Under the pieces are notes generated by a model that searched no databases, was not told the origin of the DNA, and was given only the letters and a program-made list of their open reading frames with translations. A DNA stretch of 14,465 bases from a bacterium (GTDB taxonomy: Bacteria > Hinthialibacterota > Hinthialibacteria > Hinthialibacterales > Hinthialibacteraceae), in contig JBHGBC010000158.1 of NCBI GenBank assembly GCA_041946805.1, forward strand, positions 1 to 14,465, in the 5' to 3' direction. Positions within the stretch are counted from its first letter, which is position 1. Each line of letters begins with the position of its first letter. A program made the translations under genes and the position numbers. Below are positions 7,498-14,465 of the stretch, in pieces.

Positions 7498-7878
7498 ATG
7501 AACACACCCTATTTCGCTGGTATCTTGCAACTGGGGGAACGGACCCTTCAATTGGCCGGCTATCCTGGCGCGCCCGTGGTGGTCTATGCCCAGGGCGGCC
7601 TGCATCTATCCGGGAAGGATTGCGTGGTGCTGGGACGGATCATGAATCCCGTCTGTTACGGTAAAAATTGCGGGTGCGGACCGAACGCGGTTTATTTTCA
7701 GATTCAACCGGGACCGCCTAAACCGGAACCGGACCAACATGGCGAATTGGAAATCCTCGGGGAGCGCCGGCGGGTGGTTCCCTACCAAGGCGCTCCCCTG
7801 GCTATCCAGGCCCAAGATCAAATTTGGATCAGCGGCGAGAATTGCGAAATCCTCGGCGTGCTGGATGTATCCGAATGA
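7498..7878 (+). CDS. Hypothetical protein with two internal ~41-aa repeats and a Cys-rich linker
   Basis: ATG lies 6 nt after the cNMP gene stop (alternative TTG at 7492). Clear protein-level duplication supports real coding. Confidence 0.75.
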   Translation: MNTPYFAGILQLGERTLQLAGYPGAPVVVYAQGGLHLSGKDCVVLGRIMNPVCYGKNCGCGPNAVYFQIQPGPPKPEPDQHGELEILGERRRVVPYQGAPLAIQAQDQIWISGENCEILGVLDVSE

Positions 7879-7879
7879 C

Positions 7880-10036
7880 TTATTTCACCTCAAAGCTCGT
7901 GGAACCGGATCCGGCTTCATAGCCGGTTTTGCTGGCCGTAACATCGATCTTATACTGCCCGGAGCCGTCTTTCTTGGTGGATGTGCGATATGTATACGAG
8001 TAACGGCCGTTCGAGTTCGTGGTTCCGCTCTTGGTGTATTTCTTCAACTTGGCGGTGGTGATGACCGACCGGACGCTCGCTCCGGCCACGGGTTTATTGT
8101 TTTCATCCACCAGGGTGATCGTTATCGTGACCGTCTCCGAATTGGCGTAGGCGGGCTTGTTCGTGCTGACGGTCAATGTCGTGGGGATCAAAGGCTTGGG
8201 TTTGACCGTCACAATGAACTCTTGCTTACCAGTGTTGCCTCCCGAATCTGTGACTTGAGCGGTGATCCGATGAATTCCGGAATTCAACGTTTTCACGAAG
8301 GAACCGCCCATGCCCAATAGGCCATCAAGCGATGAGGACCAGGACAGGGAATTTGTGATTTCCCCATCCTCCAGGTCCGCCGCGCTGCCATTGAATGAGA
8401 TCGCGGTTCCAAAATCAAACACCGCACCCTCGGTGGGAGAGAGAATTGTCACCTCCGGCGGATCGTTCGGGACCGCGGGAGCCGCCTGAACCACCACCGT
8501 GATGGTTTGGGAACCTGTTTTTCCCCCGGAATCGGTCACTTGCGCGGTAAGGGTATGCGTGCCTTCACTCAATGTTCTCGTGAACGAGCTTCCCGTACCC
8601 AGGTTTCCATCCAAGGTGGAAGACCAGGTCAAATTCCCGGAAATTACCCCATCTTCCGTGTCCACCGCGCTTCCCTCAAGGGAAATCGTTGCTCCGAAAT
8701 CAAACTGCGCGTTGTTGTCCGGAGACACGATCGTCACCACCGGCGGATTGTTCGTCACCGGCGGCGCCGCTTGGGCGGCTTCATCGGTATCCACCAGGCC
8801 ATAACCATACCATTCATCCCGGCCGGCGGTTCCCAGATCATCCGCCGTACTTTGCAGCACGAACCGGACATTGGCCGCCGGTACCCCCGCGCCGAGAATC
8901 AGCGCCACGGTTCCCGCCACATGCGGGCAGGCCATTGATGTGCCGCTCATCGAGGCATAACGGCCTCCCGGATAGGTGGAATAAACCGACACCCCCGGCG
9001 CGGCGATTTCCACCGCGGGCCCCGTGCTCGAGAAGGACGCGCGGAGATCGTTCCGGTCCGTGGCGGCCACCGCGATCACCGTGCCGTATTTCGCGGGGTA
9101 GCCCACGCTGTCGCCCGTGCCGGTGGAATTGCCGGAATTGCCCGCCGCCGCCACCAGGATGATTCCCGCCTGGGCGGCCTTGGCGCATACGCTTTCAAGC
9201 GTGGAACTGGATCCCCCGGACAGGCTCATGTTCACGGCTTGCATTTGATTCGTGATGCACCACTCCAACGCCCGGGCCACATCATCGGCGTAACCGGAAC
9301 CGTTCGCATCCAGGACTTTCAATCCGTACAATGACGCTTCCGGGGCCATGCCGACCACGCCCAGATTGTCATCCACCGCGCCGATGATCCCGCTGACATG
9401 GGTCCCATGGCCATGATCATCCATGGCGTTATTGTCGTTATTCACAAAATCCCAGCCGCCTTTCACATTGGCGGCCAGGTCGGGATGCGTGGCATCGATG
9501 CCGGTGTCGATTACCGCTACTCGGATTCCCGTTCCCCGGTTCACCGGGTGGACCACTCCCGCGCCGGTCCGCTTGACTCCCCAGGCGTTATCCAGCTCGG
9601 TGTCCACGGCGAACACTTCGGGCACATATTCAATAGTGTCCACGACGGCCAGGGTTTTCAGTTGTCCGATCGCGGCCAGAGGAACTTCGGCGGAAAGCGT
9701 CGAGATATACTTGTACGCATGGCGGATTTGGCCTCCCGCCATACGGACCAGGGCTTGCTCCCCGAATCCGGGACGTTGCTTGAAGTTGACAAAAATCCGG
9801 ACCGTCCGCATGGGATTGTCGCCCGGCTCGATCACGCCGGACGCTTCGGACGAGTCCATCGGGGGAACGTCCACCGGCATGGATGAGGTATTCATCCCCG
9901 AATCCGCCGGCGCCGGTCCGCCCTCTTCTCCCCGCGCGTCCAGAGATAATCCCCAAATGATTGTTCCCCAAAAAATGAAAATCCATGTGCAACGAATCAA
10001 GTATGACGAACCATTACCCCAGCATACCCCCTTCAT
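7880..10036 (-). CDS. Secreted S8 (subtilisin-family) serine peptidase with propeptide, two PKD/Ig-like repeats and a C-terminal Ig-like domain
   Basis: Catalytic triad motifs VAVIDTG, HGHGTHVSG, GTSMACPHVAG and oxyanion motif AAAGN. I9-like propeptide and hydrophobic signal region ending in ARG/EE. Start ATG 10036 has GGGAGG 8 nt upstream. Confidence 0.95.
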   Translation of the reverse strand: MKGVCWGNGSSYLIRCTWIFIFWGTIIWGLSLDARGEEGGPAPADSGMNTSSMPVDVPPMDSSEASGVIEPGDNPMRTVRIFVNFKQRPGFGEQALVRMAGGQIRHAYKYISTLSAEVPLAAIGQLKTLAVVDTIEYVPEVFAVDTELDNAWGVKRTGAGVVHPVNRGTGIRVAVIDTGIDATHPDLAANVKGGWDFVNNDNNAMDDHGHGTHVSGIIGAVDDNLGVVGMAPEASLYGLKVLDANGSGYADDVARALEWCITNQMQAVNMSLSGGSSSTLESVCAKAAQAGIILVAAAGNSGNSTGTGDSVGYPAKYGTVIAVAATDRNDLRASFSSTGPAVEIAAPGVSVYSTYPGGRYASMSGTSMACPHVAGTVALILGAGVPAANVRFVLQSTADDLGTAGRDEWYGYGLVDTDEAAQAAPPVTNNPPVVTIVSPDNNAQFDFGATISLEGSAVDTEDGVISGNLTWSSTLDGNLGTGSSFTRTLSEGTHTLTAQVTDSGGKTGSQTITVVVQAAPAVPNDPPEVTILSPTEGAVFDFGTAISFNGSAADLEDGEITNSLSWSSSLDGLLGMGGSFVKTLNSGIHRITAQVTDSGGNTGKQEFIVTVKPKPLIPTTLTVSTNKPAYANSETVTITITLVDENNKPVAGASVRSVITTAKLKKYTKSGTTNSNGRYSYTYRTSTKKDGSGQYKIDVTASKTGYEAGSGSTSFEVK
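8204..8752 (-). repeat. Two tandem 88-aa PKD/Ig-like domains within the subtilisin (8489..8752 and 8204..8467)
   Basis: Both units are 264 nt and share N-x-PP-x-VTI-x-SP...FDFG..IS..GSA-x-D-x-EDG...WSS-x-LDG-x-LG...TAQVTDSGG-x-TG. Confidence 0.9.
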
Positions 10037-10135
10037 CAGACGGACCTCCCTAGTGTGGTTGGATACCGTGTTGCCGCCCTTCCCCTGGGCATCCCTTGGC
10101 GGGAAAAAACCAAGATCAATTCCTCGATCCTCTAC

Positions 10136-10164
10136 ATTTTCATCTAATAAATACATATTGTCAA
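10136..10164 (-). promoter_or_regulatory. sigma70-type promoter candidate for the subtilisin gene
   Basis: TTGACA (10164-10159), 17 nt, GAAAAT (10141-10136), preceded by a very AT-rich tract (10165-10235). Confidence 0.5.
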
Positions 10165-10485
10165 TAGTTTATTTATACTATTCGCTTCATTTTCAATAAA
10201 AAATGTAATAAAACATTATAATTTTATTCACTTTTTGGTTTTCCAGAGAGACGGCCGGTCCCGGGCCGGCGGATCTGACAGATCAGTCCCCATATCCCCT
10301 CCTGTTGGAAGAGAATCAATAGGCGGGAATCATGGAGAGGATTGGATTCTTGTGGGCCAAGACCGGAATCGAAGGGATAGGACTGGCCATGGAATGACTC
10401 CGCGGGCATTCACGGTTTTTTCGAAAGAACGAGGACGATTTTGCCGGGCGGTGGGAGGAAAGAAGGAGTTGAAACTCTGTCCGCC

Positions 10486-10514
10486 TTGAAAAAACAGGGC
10501 CGTATGCTAAAAAT
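10486..10514 (+). promoter_or_regulatory. Possible promoter of the rpsB operon
   Basis: TTGAAA at 10486-10491, then TG-C-TAAAAAT at 10505-10514. The -10 match is imperfect. Confidence 0.3.
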
Positions 10515-10600
10515 AAAAGGCGGTGGTTTTGGTGTTTCTTTCCTTAACATCCTTATCAACAACATCTTACCGCGTTCGCGGTATCGAAGGAGTCATTCAC

Positions 10601-11488
10601 GTGACGACTGTGAGCATGAAACAACTCCTGGAATCCGGAGTCCATTTCGGCCATCAGACGCGCCGCTGGAATCCGAAAATGTCCAAATATATCTTTGGAC
10701 AGCGCAACGGCATTTATATTATCGACCTGAAAAAGACCGTGCGTTTATTGAAGGAAGCGTGCCGGTTCGCCCGGGAAATCACCGTGTCCGGCGGAACCGT
10801 TTTGTTCGTGGGAACCAAAAAACAAGCCCAAGACACCGTCAAGGAAGAAGCGAAACGGTGCGGCATGTACTATGTCAACAACCGGTGGCTGGGCGGGATG
10901 CTGACCAACTACAACACCATCCGCAAAAGCATTCTGAAAATGAAGGAATATGAGTATCAACTGAGCGATGAATCCCTCAGCCAGCGCCGCAATAAAAAAG
11001 AACGGATGATGATGAGCAAGGATCTGGACAAACTCGAAAAAAACCTCACCGGCATCCGCGAAATGGATGAACTGCCCTCCGCCCTCTTCGTCACGGACAC
11101 CCGCAAGGACCGCATCGCCGTGCTGGAAGCCCGCCGCTTGGAGATTCCCGTGATCGCCATCGTCGACACCAACTGCGATCCGGACGATATCGACTATGTC
11201 ATTCCCGGCAACGACGACGCCATCCGGGCCGTGCGGCTGGTGACCGCGCGCATCGCGGATTCGATCCTCGAAGGCAAGATGGCCGCCAGCGAAGGCGCCG
11301 AAATCGCCCTGGGCGAGGACGAAGACGATGAGGAACGGGCCAAGGCCGCGAAAATGGATGCGGAGGAAGTGGAAGAAAAAACGCCGGCCCTCGCCGCCCG
11401 CTCCCGCACGCCGGCCGCCGCTCCCGCCAAAAAATCCCGTCCCGCCCTTCCGGACGAGGATGACGAGGACGACGATTTGGACGATTGA
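10601..11488 (+). CDS. rpsB: 30S ribosomal protein S2
   Basis: [63 protein letters not shown] 10601 has AAGGAG 8 nt upstream. Confidence 0.98.
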   Translation: MTTVSMKQLLESGVHFGHQTRRWNPKMSKYIFGQRNGIYIIDLKKTVRLLKEACRFAREITVSGGTVLFVGTKKQAQDTVKEEAKRCGMYYVNNRWLGGMLTNYNTIRKSILKMKEYEYQLSDESLSQRRNKKERMMMSKDLDKLEKNLTGIREMDELPSALFVTDTRKDRIAVLEARRLEIPVIAIVDTNCDPDDIDYVIPGNDDAIRAVRLVTARIADSILEGKMAASEGAEIALGEDEDDEERAKAAKMDAEEVEEKTPALAARSRTPAAAPAKKSRPALPDEDDEDDDLDD

Positions 11489-11548
11489 CCGGCTCGAGCA
11501 CCCCCACGAATCACCTAGATTCATTTCGGATGAGAAGGACAAGGAAGC

Positions 11549-12169
11549 ATGGCAACCATATCCGCCTCGCAAGTGAAGGAACTGCGTGACAAAACCGGCG
11601 CCGGCATGATGGACTGCAAAAAGGCGTTGAACGAAAGCAATGGAGACCTGGAGAAAGCCATCAAATATCTCCGGGAAAAAGGCATCGCCGACGCCTCCAA
11701 ACGGGCCGGACGGGCCACCAAGGAAGGCGTGGTCTTGTCGTACATCCATCCGGGCAACAAAATCGGAGTCCTGGTGGAGATCAACTGCGAAACCGACTTC
11801 GTCGCCCGCAACGAACTGTTCCAAGGCTTCGCCAAGGACATCGCGATGCACATCGCCGCCTCCTCTCCCCTCTGCGTGACCCGGGAGGAGGTCCCGGTTC
11901 AACTGGTCGAAGCCGAGCGGGACGTGTTCCGCAACCAGGCGCGGGAATCGGGCAAGCCGGAACAAGTGTGGGATAAGATCGTGGAAGGGCGGATCGAAAA
12001 GTACTATTCGCAAGTCTGCCTCTTGGAACAACCCTTCATCAAGGACATGAACATCACGGTGGAGGATTATCTCAAGGAGACTATCGGCAAGATCGGAGAA
12101 AACATCGTGATCCGCCGGTTTAGCCGGTATCAACTGGGTGAGGAACTGGATTCCAAACCCGGAAAGTGA
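11549..12169 (+). CDS. tsf: Translation elongation factor Ts (short form)
   Basis: VKELRDKTGAGMMDCKKAL, EINCETDFVA, LLEQPFIKD, IRRFSRYQLGE; canonical position after rpsB. Confidence 0.98.
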   Translation: MATISASQVKELRDKTGAGMMDCKKALNESNGDLEKAIKYLREKGIADASKRAGRATKEGVVLSYIHPGNKIGVLVEINCETDFVARNELFQGFAKDIAMHIAASSPLCVTREEVPVQLVEAERDVFRNQARESGKPEQVWDKIVEGRIEKYYSQVCLLEQPFIKDMNITVEDYLKETIGKIGENIVIRRFSRYQLGEELDSKPGK

Positions 12170-12240
12170 AACGCGCCGCCACGATCCGTTTGTAAGCGCC
12201 AGCAGGGCCTGGGGAAGGAATCGAAACCGGGAGGATAGAT

Positions 12241-12969
12241 TTGATCATGCGCCGGGTGCTCCTGAAAATCAGTGGTGAGGCCCTTGCCGGCGAACAGGGT
12301 CACGGCATTCATTTCCCCACCTTGGAAAAAGTCTCGCACGAGATCGCCGCCGCCCTGAAACACAACGTCCAGCTGGCCATCGTCGTGGGGGGCGGCAATA
12401 TCTGGCGGGGCGGCTCGGCGGTCGTGTCGTACATCGAGGAGCCGACCGCCCACTACATGGGGATGCTCGCCACCGTGCTCAATGCCCTGGCGTTCCAGGG
12501 CGCGCTGGAACGCATCGGCATCTTCACCCGGGTCCAAAGCGCCATCCACATGGAACAAATCGCCGAACCCTATATCCGCCGGCGCGCCGTGCGCCATATC
12601 GAAAAAGGGCGGGTGGTGATTTTCGCCGGGGGAACGGGCAATCCCTTCTTCACCACCGACACCGCCGCCGCCCTGCGGGCCATCGAGATCGAAGCCGACG
12701 TCTTGTACAAAGCCACCAAGGTGGACGGCGTCTACTCGGCGGATCCGGTAATCGATCCTACCGCTCAGCTCTACGGCGAACTGACCTACAAGGATGTCCT
12801 GCACCAGGGACTGCGCGTCATGGATTCGACGGCCATCACCCTGTGCGAGGAAAACCACCTGCCGATTGTCGTGTTCAACATGAATCAGCCGGGCGCCATC
12901 ACCAAGGCGCTGATCGGGGAACCGATCGGCACCGTGGTGCGCGACGCCAGCAAAAGCATGGTGAAATGA
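12241..12969 (+). CDS. pyrH: UMP kinase
   Basis: [61 protein letters not shown] lies 6 nt before TTG 12241 (alternative ATG 12247). Confidence 0.97.
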   Translation: MIMRRVLLKISGEALAGEQGHGIHFPTLEKVSHEIAAALKHNVQLAIVVGGGNIWRGGSAVVSYIEEPTAHYMGMLATVLNALAFQGALERIGIFTRVQSAIHMEQIAEPYIRRRAVRHIEKGRVVIFAGGTGNPFFTTDTAAALRAIEIEADVLYKATKVDGVYSADPVIDPTAQLYGELTYKDVLHQGLRVMDSTAITLCEENHLPIVVFNMNQPGAITKALIGEPIGTVVRDASKSMVK

Positions 12970-13529
12970 TGCTACAAGATGAATTCTTGGAAGAAGCCGA
13001 ACTGGAGATGGATGAAGCCGTGGAGGCCATCCGGCGCGAATTGGCGCAACTGCGCACCGGCCGCGCCACGCCCGCCCTCGTGGATGGCATTCCGGTGGAA
13101 GCCTACGGGACCAAAACCCCCCTCAAACAGCTGGCGAACATCAGCGTGCCCGAAGCGCGCCTGATCGTCATCCAGCCCTGGGACAAGACCATACTGCCCG
13201 ACATCGAGAAAGCCATCCAAAAATCCGAACTGGGCATCTCCCCCAACAGCGACGGAAAACTCATCCGCCTGCCCATCCCTCCCCTGACCGAGGAACGGCG
13301 GCGGGACCTGGTCAAGATCGCCAAGAAAATCGGCGAGGAAGGAAAAGTCCGCATTCGCCTGCGCCGCCGGGAAAGCATCGAATCCCTCAAAAAAGCGGAA
13401 AAGGAAGGCGGGGTCCCCGAGGACGTCTCCAAGCATCTGCAGGAGGAAGTCCAGGAACTCACCGATAAGTACACCGAAAAAATCGACGGGATCATCAAGG
13501 AAAAAGAACACGAGATCATGAATTTCTAA
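12966..13529 (+). CDS. frr: Ribosome recycling factor
   Basis: [51 protein letters not shown] overlap with the pyrH stop; the ORF-track start at 12843 is too long. Confidence 0.97.
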   Translation: MMLQDEFLEEAELEMDEAVEAIRRELAQLRTGRATPALVDGIPVEAYGTKTPLKQLANISVPEARLIVIQPWDKTILPDIEKAIQKSELGISPNSDGKLIRLPIPPLTEERRRDLVKIAKKIGEEGKVRIRLRRRESIESLKKAEKEGGVPEDVSKHLQEEVQELTDKYTEKIDGIIKEKEHEIMNF

Positions 13530-13588
13530 AAACCATTCGGGCGGAAGTTTCAAAATTCACCGCCCCGCGATATACATCCTGAAAATGT

Positions 13589-13625
13589 GCAGGGGCACGT
13601 TGCAGTTCGCCCCTGCTTTTATTTT
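13589..13625 (+). terminator. Likely intrinsic terminator of the rpsB-frr operon (REP-like hairpin)
   Basis: gcaggggc (13589-13596) and gcccctgc (13609-13616) form an 8-bp stem, followed by ttttatttt, 60 nt after the frr stop. Confidence 0.6.
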
Positions 13626-13687
13626 GACTATTTATGATTAGGTTCGGCGGAGATTTTGCAACCCCAATGCAGACCTGTTTTTTTTGA

Positions 13688-13733
13688 GCGCCAACGGCGC
13701 GGCATAAGCCTAGCCCAGGGCGTAAGCCCTGGG
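13688..13733. repeat. REP-like double-hairpin element (family B)
   Basis: gcgcc-aac-ggcgc (13688-13700) plus the perfect palindrome cccagggc-gtaa-gccctggg (13714-13733). Confidence 0.65.
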
Positions 13734-13757
13734 AGGGATAAAACCATAGTAATGAAT

Positions 13758-13791
13758 CCCCTCTCCCTCGGGGAGAGGGTTAGGGTGAGGG
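13758..13791. repeat. REP-like repeat family A, best-preserved copy
   Basis: ccctctccc-tcg-gggagaggg hairpin followed by ttagggtgaggg; related copies at 2119 and 4925. Confidence 0.7.
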
Positions 13792-13910
13792 AAGATCAGT
13801 AAGGAGGCAATACATTCATGATATTCTGCAATCAGGTAAGCAGTTACCTATTTTCATCACTGGATACCCGATTTCGCGGGAATGATATTCGAAGCTATCG
13901 GCCGCCCCCC

Positions 13911-14465
13911 TTAGCTCCCCACCAGGCTGTCGTCGCACGGATACGAGGCCCGGGGGCCGGTGCGGATCAGGTCGCCCAAACTCCGCAGGCCGTTGGTGAT
14001 GTCATACCGCAGCACCCCCGTGTGGTTGTAATAATCCGGGCCGTAACTGTTGATCCGCCATTCCGAGCACCGGTACGACAGGTTCAGCATCGCTTCCTTG
14101 CCCCAGTTGATCGTGCTCCAGGCTTCCACGTAGTCGTAGGTCACATACGCTTCGTGCTGGGTGTTGTCCAACCGCGCGCCCGGAACGCCGTACACGAACG
14201 GATCCTGGGGCACCGTGGACATATACGAAACCGGCGTGGTCAGGCCGATCAGGCGGCGGTTGACCGGATTCTTGTTCACGCCGCTGGTGTCTTTCCACTG
14301 CGGATATTTGCCGTGGTCCATGTGGTACATCTCCAGGGCGGTGTCGATGTTCCGCATGTCCGATTCCGCCCCCGCGATCTTCGCCCGCATCTGGGCGTTC
14401 AAGAAATTGGGGACCGCGATCGCCGCCAGGACGCCGATGATGGCGACGACGATCAGCAACTCGAT
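13911..14465 (-). CDS. Prepilin-type N-terminal cleavage/methylation domain protein (pseudopilin/GspG-like); 5' end outside the window
   Basis: The frame is open to the window edge and reads IELLIVVAIIGVLAAIAVPNF (type IV pilin N-terminal helix with E5), then AKIA..ESDMRNI..ALEMY..DHGKYP. Confidence 0.9.
   Translation of the reverse strand: MELLIVVAIIGVLAAIAVPNFLNAQMRAKIAGAESDMRNIDTALEMYHMDHGKYPQWKDTSGVNKNPVNRRLIGLTTPVSYMSTVPQDPFVYGVPGARLDNTQHEAYVTYDYVEAWSTINWGKEAMLNLSYRCSEWRINSYGPDYYNHTGVLRYDITNGLRSLGDLIRTGPRASYPCDDSLVGS

Noticed and set aside
10224..10489. Small ORFs or a possible ncRNA between the subtilisin and rpsB promoters
   Set aside because: No convincing RBS or motif, only short scattered hairpins. 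An Rfam search would be needed to claim an RNA.
10520..10600. Possible S2 autoregulatory leader (hairpin ccgcg-tt-cgcgg near 10570)
   Set aside because: The position is plausible, but I cannot match it to the known rpsB leader structure by eye.
10745..13553. Minus-strand ORFs of 462, 242 and 193 aa
   Set aside because: Antisense shadows of rpsB, tsf, pyrH and frr.
13801..13910. Perfect AAGGAGG followed by ATG at 13818 on the plus strand
   Set aside because: The frame runs on into the in-register antisense of the prepilin gene and gives no plausible small protein; probably chance.
1..14465. CRISPR array, tRNA/rRNA, transposase, integrase or recoded stop codons
   Set aside because: No regularly spaced direct repeats, cloverleafs or mobile-element ORFs were seen, and the recognised genes are intact in the standard code.

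Overview
A GC-rich bacterial chromosomal window with a housekeeping core and accessory flanks. The left arm (minus strand) holds an exported-protein cluster: Tat-signal DUF362 protein, then an 8-bladed PQQ-like beta-propeller, then a second DUF362 protein with a C-terminal beta-sandwich. Next come dprA and a tightly linked unknown ORF with a restriction-endonuclease-like (PD-(D/E)XK) signature. Divergent from dprA is a two-gene unit: a stand-alone, non-canonical cNMP-binding protein and an internally duplicated Cys-containing protein. A convergent secreted subtilisin with Ig/PKD-like repeats follows, then the rpsB-tsf-pyrH-frr operon and a truncated prepilin-type gene. Three intergenic regions carry mosaics of REP-like palindromes. 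I saw no rRNA, tRNA, CRISPR array or transposase. The best candidates for new biology are the cNMP-domain/tandem-repeat Cys protein pair, the dprA-linked nuclease-like ORF, the DUF362/propeller export cluster and a possible C-terminal 'V-x-D-W' sorting tag. All family calls come from reading motifs by eye; no searches were run.
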